A DNA stretch of 59,867 nucleotides, counting the filler. It is 5 parts of 5 records of this genome, joined end to end, with 100 filler letters (N's around TTAATTAATTAA, not from the genome) between each part and the next. Parts side by side here need not be neighbours in the genome. Positions count along the whole stretch, not along the records: positions 1 to 18,200 come from SRR31156797_8832; 4 more parts are not named here. One strand, 5' to 3'. The position numbers and the translations under genes are program-made. Each line of letters opens with the position of its first letter. The first letter of the stretch is position 1. Positions 1 through 9,462 of the stretch are shown piece by piece. Below the pieces are notes generated by a model. It was not told the DNA's origin. It worked only from the letters and a program-made list of their open reading frames with translations, and made no database searches.

Positions 1-113
1 CCAATCAATTCCATTTTCAAATCAAACTCATACTCGTCTCTCTCCGGTGTACCTTTTTCACCAAAGTACTTATCTTCTAAATCCTCGAATCTTTTATAAT
101 CTGTCGTTTTCAT
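1..113 (-). CDS. HigA-like HTH antitoxin, N-terminal part (runs off the window edge)
   Basis: Not in the ORF track. The minus strand reads MKTTDYKRFEDLEDKYFGEKGTPERDEYEFDLKMELIG, the typical N-terminus of Bacteroidota HTH antitoxins. It lies directly downstream of the RelE-like gene; an alternative ATG is at 119. Confidence 0.8.
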   Translation of the reverse strand, partial: MKTTDYKRFEDLEDKYFGEKGTPERDEYEFDLKMELI

Positions 114-124
114 AATCATGAGTT

Positions 125-469
125 TTATAATAATCCTTTGAAATATTTTTCTTTAATTATTTCAGCTTTTTCAATGTCCTGCTTTGGAGTCTTGTTTGTT
201 TTCTTAATCAATCCGTGTGTACAAACAATCAATGTCTCTGTTTCACCCGAACTATCCCAAAATGCAAAAAGTCGAAAAAACTTGTTGCTATCCTTTATTC
301 GAAACTCAAAAATATCATTCGAACTTTTTAATTTCTCAAACCAATCTCCATAAATCCTCATTTTTGTCTTACGAATCGCATAAAACAATTTTTTTCTAGC
401 TGATTTCTCAATCTTGTAAACGAACTTATCCGCCTCTGGAAGAAGGACTATTTCAATCGGTTTACTCAT
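125..469 (-). CDS. Type II toxin, RelE/ParE family (Gp49/HigB-like)
   Basis: 114 aa basic protein with FEKL...IFEFRI...FRLFAFWD...CTHGLIKKTNKTPKQDIEKA; toxin-before-antitoxin order as in higBA. Confidence 0.85.
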   Translation of the reverse strand: MSKPIEIVLLPEADKFVYKIEKSARKKLFYAIRKTKMRIYGDWFEKLKSSNDIFEFRIKDSNKFFRLFAFWDSSGETETLIVCTHGLIKKTNKTPKQDIEKAEIIKEKYFKGLL

Positions 470-483
470 AGCTGATTTTAATA

Positions 484-517
484 CAAATTTACGAAAGTGT
501 TTCTATATTTGGAAACA
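484..517 (-). promoter_or_regulatory. Bacteroidota -7 promoter element and candidate antitoxin operator
   Basis: TAAATTTG (TAnnTTTG) on the minus strand at 484-491; imperfect palindrome TGTTTCTATATTTGGAAACA at 498-517 overlaps the promoter. Confidence 0.6.
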
Positions 518-569
518 ATTGAAAAGTTTTATTCTATGCTGGGTATTAAACCCACTTGTTGCTATCGGC

Positions 570-619
570 GTTTTGAATTTAGTGCTATGTCGCCTATTTT
601 TTATGCATTGGTGTGTGCC
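570..619 (-). repeat. attC-like / Bacteroidota palindromic repeat, 5' half (truncated)
   Basis: Immediately after the stop of 621..1568 the minus strand reads GGCACACACCAATGCATAAAAAATAGGCGACATAGCACTAAATTCAA. Its first 10 nt match 8/10 the reverse complement of GTTGTATGCC upstream of the same gene. Confidence 0.5.
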
Positions 620-620
620 G

Positions 621-1568
621 TTATTCTTCTACAATCATAAATTTTCTATTAATAAAATCTATTACAATTATATCATTCCAAAATAATCTATTGCCTGTAA
701 TACCAAAAACTTTTTCTCTTTTAAAAAAATCATCTAACCGACTCGGTCCATAATAAACATTTAAATCTTTGAACGATTTATGTCCTAATAATAAATCATA
801 CTTACTTTTAGACCACCACATATAGTGTTTAATACCCCATGAACGAACCTCTATTGAGTCTTTAGCTGAGGGTTCATTATTTGCATTACTTAACCAATTT
901 TCTTTTGATGTTACTAATTCCCAGTTGCTTGAACCTGTGTCAAAAATTATATATTCATGCTCATTATTTATTGTTATTGGGATTTTAATAAAATTGTTCT
1001 CTAATTTGAAGTCACAAGAAAAGACAACTTTGCTACTAGGCATTTTATCAGTTACTGCCATCCTCTTATTGGGATAATCGATAATTAATATTTTATCCGA
1101 AAATAAATCAATCCCTATTGTCCCAATCCGTTTAGAAGTAGGAGTTAATAAAGAATCCTTAGGAATAGTACTTCCGTAATTAATACTATTGATAATTGTT
1201 CTATTTTTAAAAGGTACTTTATCTAAATAAATAGTTAAGTCTTTAAATCTATTACAATTATGATTTTTATGCATAAAAGTATAATTGGCATCAAGTTTTG
1301 CTGCAAATTCAGGATATATTTTCAAATAAGGCTTAATTGTATTACCGCTAAATTGTGTTCTAGCACCTAAATCAAATTGAGCTTTAAAATTGCATGGTAT
1401 GTTTTCAATCTTCACAGGAATATTAATTGCCGACCTATCAATATACCTGCTATTTATTGATGTACCAACCCATTCAAAATTAATCCATTCAAGGTTTGTG
1501 TCTGTATTTTGACAACTTGAAAAACAAAATATTAAAATCAATAATAATCCATAAATTCTTTTCATCAT
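621..1568 (-). CDS. Lipoprotein with two retropepsin-like aspartyl protease lobes
   Basis: Lipobox FSSC; motifs AQFDLGA and IIFDTGSS, each followed later by a G.IG/G.TG...F...I.IDY/F.N motif. Confidence 0.65.
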   Translation of the reverse strand: MMKRIYGLLLILIFCFSSCQNTDTNLEWINFEWVGTSINSRYIDRSAINIPVKIENIPCNFKAQFDLGARTQFSGNTIKPYLKIYPEFAAKLDANYTFMHKNHNCNRFKDLTIYLDKVPFKNRTIINSINYGSTIPKDSLLTPTSKRIGTIGIDLFSDKILIIDYPNKRMAVTDKMPSSKVVFSCDFKLENNFIKIPITINNEHEYIIFDTGSSNWELVTSKENWLSNANNEPSAKDSIEVRSWGIKHYMWWSKSKYDLLLGHKSFKDLNVYYGPSRLDDFFKREKVFGITGNRLFWNDIIVIDFINRKFMIVEE

Positions 1569-1602
1569 GTTTTTATTTAGTAGTTAGGTATCAGCTTTTA
1601 AT

Positions 1603-1630
1603 GGCATACAACATTCACATAAACCCAATT
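1603..1630 (-). repeat. attC-like repeat, 3' end (core-site-like GTTGTATGCC)
   Basis: Minus strand AATTGGGTTTATGTGAATGTTGTATGCC ends about 35 nt before the start codon of 621..1568. Confidence 0.45.
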
Positions 1631-1750
1631 CATTTATCGTTCTTTATCCATTAATTAATTCTTCAAGCGAATATACATATATTATTAAACGTTAAGCTAT
1701 CCAAACAGGCAGAGGTCTGCTGAATACATCTTGAATTAGCTTTTATCCAG

Positions 1751-1783
1751 ATGGAAAAATGTAGTATTCAATGGAATAATGTA
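1751..1783 (+). promoter_or_regulatory. Direct repeat, candidate activator site upstream of the PL1 gene
   Basis: ATGGAAAAATGTA (1751) and ATGGAATAATGTA (1771), 12/13 identical, 20-bp period. Confidence 0.45.
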
Positions 1784-1966
1784 CATGCGTATTAAATAAA
1801 ACGATTTCGTACCATTCGCAGCGGATTTAAATTATCATCTTTAACAAGCTTGTGCTTCTTCCGAAGCAGTTAAATCAGAAAATCTAGTTTGTTATGGAGA
1901 AATGAGCCACGAAAATGTTCGGTATAAAGGCTAGTTCAATATGACAATTGAAAGAAGAAAATCTAT

Positions 1967-4900
1967 ATGAAAAAATCTACACTAATTGTATTGGTGCAAT
2001 TGCTTTGCCTTGCATCATTTTTAAATGCTCAACAAATTGCCTTTCCTACTGCAGAAGGATTTGGGAAATATGCCACAGGAGGTAGAAGTGGCACAGTTTA
2101 CCATGTAACCAATTTAAATGATTCAGGAACAGGTTCTTTTCGCGATGCGGTAAGCCAAAGCAATCGCATTATTGTATTTGATGTGGGAGGTGTTATCAAA
2201 ATTAATTCTACGCTTTTAATCTCTTCAAACTTATATATTGCCGGACAAACCGCACCAGGTGAGGGAATTACCGTGTATGGTAACCGTGTTTCCTTTTCTG
2301 GAGCCAACAATACCATTTGTCGCTATATGAAGTTTCGAATGGGAGAGAAGTATGGCGATAGTGGTAAGGATGCTGTTGGTATTGCCAATGGAGCCAACAT
2401 GATTTTCGACCATTGTTCGGTCAGTTGGGGACGCGATGAAACATTCTCTATCAACTGGGATGGTAAAGGCACGGAGCCTACGAATATTACCATTCAGAAC
2501 TGTATTGTGGCGCAAGGGTTAATGAGTCACTCAGCTGGCGGCCTTATTCAAACCAATGGAGGAGTTACTCTTTATCGAAATTTGTATGTGGATAATGATA
2601 CCCGAAATAACAAGATAAAAGGAGTTAACCAGTTTGTAAATAACTTGGTGTATAACTGGCGCAGTGCAGCATATATTATGGGCGGTGGTTCAGAAGGGCA
2701 CTCCTATGCCAATTGTGTCAGTAATTATTTTATAAAAGGGCCAAATGATGGCGATGTACCTTTAAGTGGAGCCAATGCTAATTATCATATTTATGCCGAT
2801 GACAACTGGTACGATGGTAGTAAAGATGGCGTTATGAATGGAGCAGAAGTTCCTTTTAGCGATTATTCCGGTGGGCCTGATTTTCAGGATACGCGTTATG
2901 ATTATCCAGTATTACCAACCATTGAAGCAGTAGAGGTTTATGGTTCTTTGCTTCCGGATGTTGGAGCCTCGTTACCTTGTCGCGATTACGTTGATTATTA
3001 TCTGGTAAATGAAGTAAAATCATTAGGTATTGAAGGAAAAATTATCACATCAGAAGATGAATTACCCTTTGGTATTCCTGAAACTTGGGATTTATGGGGA
3101 GGTAATTCCAGAACGGATTCAGATAATGATGGTATTCCGGATAGCTGGGAAGGTGCCAATGGTTTAAATGCAGAATTGGCTTCAGATGCCATGGAAATAG
3201 CTGAAAATGGTTATGCTAATATCGAAAATTATATCAATAGCATTGATGTTAGTTTCACGCAAGCCTATTTACGTACGCCATTAAATTTAAGATTAGAAGC
3301 ATCATCACAAACTACTCTTACTTTAACCTGGTATGACTATACAGAACAGGAAGAGGGGTATATTATAGAAAGAGAAGTAGATGGTGTTTTTAAACAGATT
3401 GGTACTACCGGTGTAAATGAGTTCAGCTATACCGTAACTGATTTGGAGCCGGAGGAAGTGGGTGTTTTTAGAGTAAAGGCATTTAATTCAAGCATTGAGT
3501 CAGCATATTCAAATCAATTAACGTGTAAAACAAAACCAGTTCCGGTGGAAGTGTTGGATTTAGAAACTTTTGAAGAAGATGTAAAATGGGATGCAACGGT
3601 CAACAGTACCTGGGATAAAGCCACTTCCAACTGGTTAGCTGCAGATGTTTCTACTATGTTTTCGGATAATCAGAAAGTGTTGTTTTCAGAAATGGAAAGT
3701 AATCAATCTATAACCATTGCTGAAGCGGTGCAGCCGGAAGCCATTGTGGTTAATGCAGAAAATGATTATACACTCGATGGTAGTGCAATAACAGGAAATA
3801 CCTCAGTAAATAAAACAGGGAATGGAACTTTGACTTTATTAGGATCAAACACATATACCGGAGCAACGGTTATTCATAATGGAGAATTAGAGATCAGTAC
3901 TTTAGCCAATGGAGGTCAGGCTAGTTCTATTGGGGCTTCTCAAAATTATGATTTTAACTGGGTATGGCTAGGTGGAAAAATTAACTACACAGGTTCTACG
4001 GTTTCTACCGATAGAAATGTGGCCATGGATGGCAATACCGAATTTGCAGTGAACGATGGTTATGCCACCGTAACTATGACCGGTAGTATTGGAGGACAAG
4101 GTGGTTTAATAAAATCTGGGGAAGGCGCTTTAAAACTAACCAATGTTAATCCATATATCGGAGAAACTGTTATTAAGGATGGTACCTTGGAAATAAACGG
4201 AATGACTGCATTAACGAATACCGCAGGAATGGGTACTTCTGGTAATGTAGTTTTACAGGGAGGACACCTTAAATTATCAGGTGGAGAGTCGGCCAATTAT
4301 GAAACTTATAATTTTGAAATGGAAGTGTCGGCAGGAACCCGTAGTTCTTTTCAGGTGGACAGAACCTGTTATTTAAAAGGAGCTGTAAAAGGTGAAGGTG
4401 AACTCATTTATGATATATATTATGTGAGAGAATATATTCAGGGTGATTGGTCTTTGTTTAGTGGAACTTTTTACCCAAGAGGTTTAGGTACAACTACCGA
4501 TGGAAGTCAGTTGATATTAAATAATACAGGAGGAATTCCTAATGCACGTGTATATGCTTTGGGTAAGACTAAGATAGTTTGTTGGAAAAATGCCAGTACC
4601 ATGCGATTGGGAGGATTATCAGGTGCTTCAACAACTAAACTGGCCGGAGCCGATAAGAAAAATAATTCGGCTACCATGACCTGGATTGTGGGAGGAGCAG
4701 GAACCGATGAGGTTTTCCATGGTGTTATTAATAATGAATGTTCTTCTGCTTCCTATAATGGTACGACTTCTATTATAAAAGAGGGAACAGGTTATTGGAA
4801 ACTAACCGGGTACAATACTTATTCAGGAACAACTAAAGTTACAGATGGAAAACTAATTGTTAACGGAACAAATACTTCGGGGGCAACAACTATTGTAGAA

Positions 4901-5533
4901 GGAGGTACTTTAGCAGGAACAGGTCGATTATATGGAGCGGTGTTGGTTAAGGATGGCGCTACACTAGAGCCGGGAGATAGTGATATTTCAACCTTCCAAA
5001 TGGGTCGATTGACCATGTATTCAGGAAGTCAGGTGAATATAGATATTGATGCTACAGCATCAAGTTCAGATTTGATTGTATCATCAGGAGCAATAACTTA
5101 TAACGGAACCTTAAATTTAAATATTACAGGTGTTTTAGAAGCTGGCGATTCATTTACCTTGTTTAGCGGAACATCTCATACTGGTGATTTTGAGGAAATT
5201 ATTCCGGCTACACCAGGTGAAGGTTTGGAGTGGAGTCGACAAAATGGTGTATTAAGTGTAGTGCAGGCAACTGCTGTTAATGAGCATTTAGCTAATCAGG
5301 TAAAAGTTTATCCTAATCCGTTGCAGGATGTCATTTATGTTGAATTAGATAAGAGCTATCATAAAGTTAAGATTCAGGTAGTAAGTTTATCAGGAGATGT
5401 AATTGTACAAGATGAATTTAATGCTTTCGAAGAAATAACCATGTCGCTTAAAGATCTTTCAAAAGGAATGTACCTTCTGGAACTAACCATTGATCAAACA
5501 AAATTAGAAAGTGTAAAAGTGTATAAGAAGTAG
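1967..5533 (+). CDS. Pectate lyase (PL1) + FN3 + autotransporter-type beta-strand repeats + T9SS C-terminal domain
   Basis: Signal peptide; AFPTAEGFGKYATGGRSG...VTNLNDSGTGSFRDAV, IFDHCSVSWGRDE, DSDNDGIPDSWE; FN3; three K.G.G...L...N.Y.G.T....G.L repeats; VYPNP...LSKGMYLL CTD. Confidence 0.9.
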   Translation: MKKSTLIVLVQLLCLASFLNAQQIAFPTAEGFGKYATGGRSGTVYHVTNLNDSGTGSFRDAVSQSNRIIVFDVGGVIKINSTLLISSNLYIAGQTAPGEGITVYGNRVSFSGANNTICRYMKFRMGEKYGDSGKDAVGIANGANMIFDHCSVSWGRDETFSINWDGKGTEPTNITIQNCIVAQGLMSHSAGGLIQTNGGVTLYRNLYVDNDTRNNKIKGVNQFVNNLVYNWRSAAYIMGGGSEGHSYANCVSNYFIKGPNDGDVPLSGANANYHIYADDNWYDGSKDGVMNGAEVPFSDYSGGPDFQDTRYDYPVLPTIEAVEVYGSLLPDVGASLPCRDYVDYYLVNEVKSLGIEGKIITSEDELPFGIPETWDLWGGNSRTDSDNDGIPDSWEGANGLNAELASDAMEIAENGYANIENYINSIDVSFTQAYLRTPLNLRLEASSQTTLTLTWYDYTEQEEGYIIEREVDGVFKQIGTTGVNEFSYTVTDLEPEEVGVFRVKAFNSSIESAYSNQLTCKTKPVPVEVLDLETFEEDVKWDATVNSTWDKATSNWLAADVSTMFSDNQKVLFSEMESNQSITIAEAVQPEAIVVNAENDYTLDGSAITGNTSVNKTGNGTLTLLGSNTYTGATVIHNGELEISTLANGGQASSIGASQNYDFNWVWLGGKINYTGSTVSTDRNVAMDGNTEFAVNDGYATVTMTGSIGGQGGLIKSGEGALKLTNVNPYIGETVIKDGTLEINGMTALTNTAGMGTSGNVVLQGGHLKLSGGESANYETYNFEMEVSAGTRSSFQVDRTCYLKGAVKGEGELIYDIYYVREYIQGDWSLFSGTFYPRGLGTTTDGSQLILNNTGGIPNARVYALGKTKIVCWKNASTMRLGGLSGASTTKLAGADKKNNSATMTWIVGGAGTDEVFHGVINNECSSASYNGTTSIIKEGTGYWKLTGYNTYSGTTKVTDGKLIVNGTNTSGATTIVEGGTLAGTGRLYGAVLVKDGATLEPGDSDISTFQMGRLTMYSGSQVNIDIDATASSSDLIVSSGAITYNGTLNLNITGVLEAGDSFTLFSGTSHTGDFEEIIPATPGEGLEWSRQNGVLSVVQATAVNEHLANQVKVYPNPLQDVIYVELDKSYHKVKIQVVSLSGDVIVQDEFNAFEEITMSLKDLSKGMYLLELTIDQTKLESVKVYKK

Positions 5534-5549
5534 TTTGAGTGCTCTATTT

Positions 5550-5590
5550 GTAATTCTTTTCAGATGAGATTTTCATCTGGAAGGGATTGC
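5550..5590 (+). terminator. Probable intrinsic terminator
   Basis: Long stem GTAATTCTTTTCAGATGA / TCATCTGGAAGGGATTGC followed by T-rich sequence, after the PL1 stop. Confidence 0.55.
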
Positions 5591-5803
5591 ATTTATGTTT
5601 TTCTTTCCATGTATATCCTTATGAGATGAATATGTAATATTAATATCTCAAAATGATTGTTCTTATGCTATAGTGTATTATTATTTTTGCAAAGTAAATA
5701 AGAGCAAATTACTTTGGTTTAATTATTATGCCTATAAGTGATTTATAGGTCTTATTTCAGTTTTATATCCCTTGAAAAAAATAAATCTATAAGTTAAGAA
5801 TTC

Positions 5804-8800
5804 ATGAAAAAAAATCTATGGATGATGCTTGTTTTGTTTACAAGTATCAGTGGGGCTTTAATTGGACAAACAGACTATACCTCCAGTATTACCAATCCCA
5901 GTTTTGAAACAGGAAATACAAATGGTTGGACATGGATTGGCGCAGACGGTTATGCCTGGTTAGGTCCAAATGACGATGGAGATGCAACCAAAGATGGATC
6001 CTATATTAATGGCCTTTGGAACGCAAGTATTGGAGATGTAGAGTTTTCGCAGGAAATAGCAGGTTTACCTGCAGGAAATTATCAGGTTTCTGCATTAATG
6101 ACTGTGAGTACAAACCGTTTAACTAATCAGAGATTATTTGCCAGTTCTGGTGAAACGATAGTTTCAAAACTTTATGGAGCAGAATCTAATGCTGCTTATT
6201 CCGAAGCGAATTTATCAATTTTAGGAGCAACAGAACAATATTCATTTGCCGGATATGGAGAATCAGCTGCCGAAAACGGACCGTTTTATAGTCTTTCTGT
6301 AGTTCAACAAGTAACAGATGGTACTTTAACGATTGGTATAAAAGTCAGTGGAAAAGGAACGTCAGAAGCTTATGATTTTTCACACACTACAAGTGGAGAT
6401 GCAGGTTTCTTTAAGTTTGATGGCTTTACTTTAACTGAAGTATCTGATGTGGCTACTGCCAAAAATATTACATTAAGTATTGGTTTTCTTGATGCATCTT
6501 TTGATGCAGATACTTATGTTTACACTGCTATATTGCCACAAGGAACAACAAGTGTAACACCTGCTATCACACCAACCGTGGATGGAGTAACTATTGCGGG
6601 AGCAGAAGAAGTAGATGTATCAACAGGTTCTGGAAGTTCTGTGATAACCATTCAGGCATTAGATGGAGAAACAGAACAATCTTATACAATTAATTACAAT
6701 GTAGCAGTTCCTGTTGAAGGAGGACAACAAGATAAGCTGTATACCAATGAATTTCCATTAAGTGATATAACGCTTTTAGAAGGTTCTTTTAAACATGCGA
6801 TGGATTTAAATATCGAGCATTTATTGAACTATGATGTAGATCGTTTGCTAGCGCCTTATCTTAAAGAAGCAGGGTTGGCGGCCAAAGCGACCAGTTACTC
6901 AAACTGGATTGATTTGGATGGTCATATAGGTGGTCATTATTTATCTGCAATGGCAATTCATTATGCGGCCACAGGAAATACAGAATGTAAAGATTTAATG
7001 GATTATATGGTAACAGAGCTCAAAGCTTGTCAGGATGCAAATGCTATTAATAATTCATCGTGGGGAGTTGGATACGTTGGGGGAGTGCCAAGTAGTAGCT
7101 CGGTTTGGTCTACCTTTAAAAGTGGTAATTTTTCCAGTTACTATTCCGCTTGGGTACCGTGGTATAATGTGCATAAAACTTATGCAGGTTTGAGAGATGC
7201 CTGGTTGTATGGAAACAATGAGTTAGCAAAAACAGTATTTCTTTCTTTCTGTGATTGGGCAATTGATATCACTTCTGTGTTGTCAGATACACAAATGGAA
7301 ACGATGCTGGATGTAGAGCATGGAGGTATGAATGAGGTGCTGGCAGATGCTTATCAGATGACTGGAAATACTAAATATTTGGATGCTGCAAAACGTTTTT
7401 CTCATAAAGACCTGTTAAATAGTATGGCCGTCGAGGTTGATAATTTAGATAATATGCATGCCAATACGCAAGTTCCTAAAGCAGTCGGTTTTCAGCGTAT
7501 TGCAGAGTTGTCTAAAGAATCTAATTATGTAACGGCCGGAGAGTTTTTCTGGACAACTGTCACCGAGAACAGAACCCTATCATTAGGAGGTAATAGTCGA
7601 AAAGAATATTTTCCTCAGGCATCAGCTTGTACTGACTATGTCAATGATATTGAAGGACCAGAATCTTGTAATACAAACAACATGTTAAAGCTTACCGAAA
7701 ACTTGTTTAGAGTAAATCCGGAGGCTAAGTATATGGACTATTACGAGCGTGCCATGTACAATCATATTTTATCAACGCAACATCCTGAGCATGGCGGTTA
7801 TGTGTATTTTACACTGGCCCGTCCGCAGCATTATCGTGTTTATTCTGCTCCAAATCAAGCTATGTGGTGTTGTGTTGGTACTGGAATGGAAAATCATGGA
7901 AAGTATGGAGAGATGATTTATACACATGTAAATGATTCCTTATATGTGAATTTATTTGTGGCATCAGAATTATCGTGGGAAGATAAAGGAGTTACTGTCC
8001 GTCAGGAAACATCTTTCCCAGAGGAGGAAAAAACCAGATTGTATTTTACAGCTGATGCGCCAACGGATTTGAATTTAAAAATTCGTTCTCCTAAATGGGT
8101 AGCTGAAGGTACACTAAAAGTTGTTGTGAATACTGATACTGTAGATATTGTTTCTACACCTCAATCGTATATTTCGGTTAACAGAACCTGGAGTAATGAA
8201 GATTCGGTTCACATTATTTTACCTATGGAAACCAGAATTGAAGAATTGCCTAATGTACCAACTTACGTATCTATTATGCACGGCCCGGTATTGCTGGGAG
8301 CCAAAACTGGAACCGAAGATTTAACAGGTTTAGTTGCTGATGATAGCCGTTGGGGACATATAGCAAACGGAAGTCTTTTACCGCAGGATGAAGCCCCTGT
8401 TTTTGTTAGCGACAGAGCATCTTTAGTAGAAAAAATGGTTCCGGTTGAAGGAAGTCCATTGCATTTTACGGCTGAAGATCTTTTTCCAAACGAAGAGGAT
8501 AAATCCTTGGTTTTAGAACCATTCTATGGAATTCATGATGCCCGTTATATGATGTATTGGCTGGCTTTAAATGAAAGTGAGTACCAAGAGGTGTTAGATA
8601 GTTTGGCTGCAGTTGAACAGGCTGCATTAGAATTGCAAACACGAACTGTTGACGAAGTTGCTACCGGAGAACAACAGCCTGAAGTAGATCATCAAATGGA
8701 TGTATTGAATTCGTATACAGGAAACTGGCAAAATGAATTCTGGAGAGATGCCAGAGATGGGGGATATATTAGCTATAATTTTAGCACCCAGGGAAAAACA

Positions 8801-9298
8801 GACCTATCATTGATGGTGCGTTACTGGGGTAATGAAAGTGGTAGCCGATCATTTAATATTTATGTTGATGGTACATTGCTTACCACAGAGAATGTTGTGG
8901 GACAATGGAATGTAAGTGAATTTGTGAATGCAGAGTACCCGATACCTGCAACCATGACAGATGGGAAAGAATCAATAACTGTCAAATTTGAAGCAATCAA
9001 TTCTTCTAATATTGTTGGAGGGTTATTCTACGTGAGATTGTTAGAGCCTCTTACAACTGATGTTAGAACACTTAAAGAAGATTATACCTGGAATGTTTAC
9101 ACAAAAGATCATTCTATTTATTTAAAAGGCTTACCTGAAAACAGCACAATTAAAGTTTTTGATGTGAGTGGTCAGTTGTTGTTTAATCAAAAGGTTGATC
9201 AGCCTGACTTTATCATTTCAGACCTGTCAAAAGGAGTGAAAATAGTACAAGTATTAGTAAATAATGTACCAGTTAGTCATAAGGTATTAGTGCCATAA
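5804..9298 (+). CDS. Beta-L-arabinofuranosidase family (GH127/GH146), modular, T9SS-secreted
   Basis: LDGHIGGHYLSA, VPWYNVHK, EHGGMNE, HANTQVPK, GPESCNTNNMLKL, WCCVGTGMENH; extra N-terminal CBM-like (ITNPSFE) and cadherin-like domains; T9SS-like C-terminus. Confidence 0.88.
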   Translation: MKKNLWMMLVLFTSISGALIGQTDYTSSITNPSFETGNTNGWTWIGADGYAWLGPNDDGDATKDGSYINGLWNASIGDVEFSQEIAGLPAGNYQVSALMTVSTNRLTNQRLFASSGETIVSKLYGAESNAAYSEANLSILGATEQYSFAGYGESAAENGPFYSLSVVQQVTDGTLTIGIKVSGKGTSEAYDFSHTTSGDAGFFKFDGFTLTEVSDVATAKNITLSIGFLDASFDADTYVYTAILPQGTTSVTPAITPTVDGVTIAGAEEVDVSTGSGSSVITIQALDGETEQSYTINYNVAVPVEGGQQDKLYTNEFPLSDITLLEGSFKHAMDLNIEHLLNYDVDRLLAPYLKEAGLAAKATSYSNWIDLDGHIGGHYLSAMAIHYAATGNTECKDLMDYMVTELKACQDANAINNSSWGVGYVGGVPSSSSVWSTFKSGNFSSYYSAWVPWYNVHKTYAGLRDAWLYGNNELAKTVFLSFCDWAIDITSVLSDTQMETMLDVEHGGMNEVLADAYQMTGNTKYLDAAKRFSHKDLLNSMAVEVDNLDNMHANTQVPKAVGFQRIAELSKESNYVTAGEFFWTTVTENRTLSLGGNSRKEYFPQASACTDYVNDIEGPESCNTNNMLKLTENLFRVNPEAKYMDYYERAMYNHILSTQHPEHGGYVYFTLARPQHYRVYSAPNQAMWCCVGTGMENHGKYGEMIYTHVNDSLYVNLFVASELSWEDKGVTVRQETSFPEEEKTRLYFTADAPTDLNLKIRSPKWVAEGTLKVVVNTDTVDIVSTPQSYISVNRTWSNEDSVHIILPMETRIEELPNVPTYVSIMHGPVLLGAKTGTEDLTGLVADDSRWGHIANGSLLPQDEAPVFVSDRASLVEKMVPVEGSPLHFTAEDLFPNEEDKSLVLEPFYGIHDARYMMYWLALNESEYQEVLDSLAAVEQAALELQTRTVDEVATGEQQPEVDHQMDVLNSYTGNWQNEFWRDARDGGYISYNFSTQGKTDLSLMVRYWGNESGSRSFNIYVDGTLLTTENVVGQWNVSEFVNAEYPIPATMTDGKESITVKFEAINSSNIVGGLFYVRLLEPLTTDVRTLKEDYTWNVYTKDHSIYLKGLPENSTIKVFDVSGQLLFNQKVDQPDFIISDLSKGVKIVQVLVNNVPVSHKVLVP

Positions 9299-9325
9299 TC
9301 TAAAGCAATGTTATTTAAGACATAT

Positions 9326-9354
9326 AGCCGAAGGAACTCACCTTCGGCTTTTTT
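9326..9354 (+). terminator. Intrinsic terminator
   Basis: AGCCGAAGG-aactca-CCTTCGGCT followed by a T run. Confidence 0.85.
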
Positions 9355-9462
9355 ATAAAAACTAGTTGATGACTATTATCAATGAACTTCACATAGAACC
9401 ATATATATTTGCAGTATCTAAATTATTTGTGTTTAAATCTCATATAATAATATAAATACACT

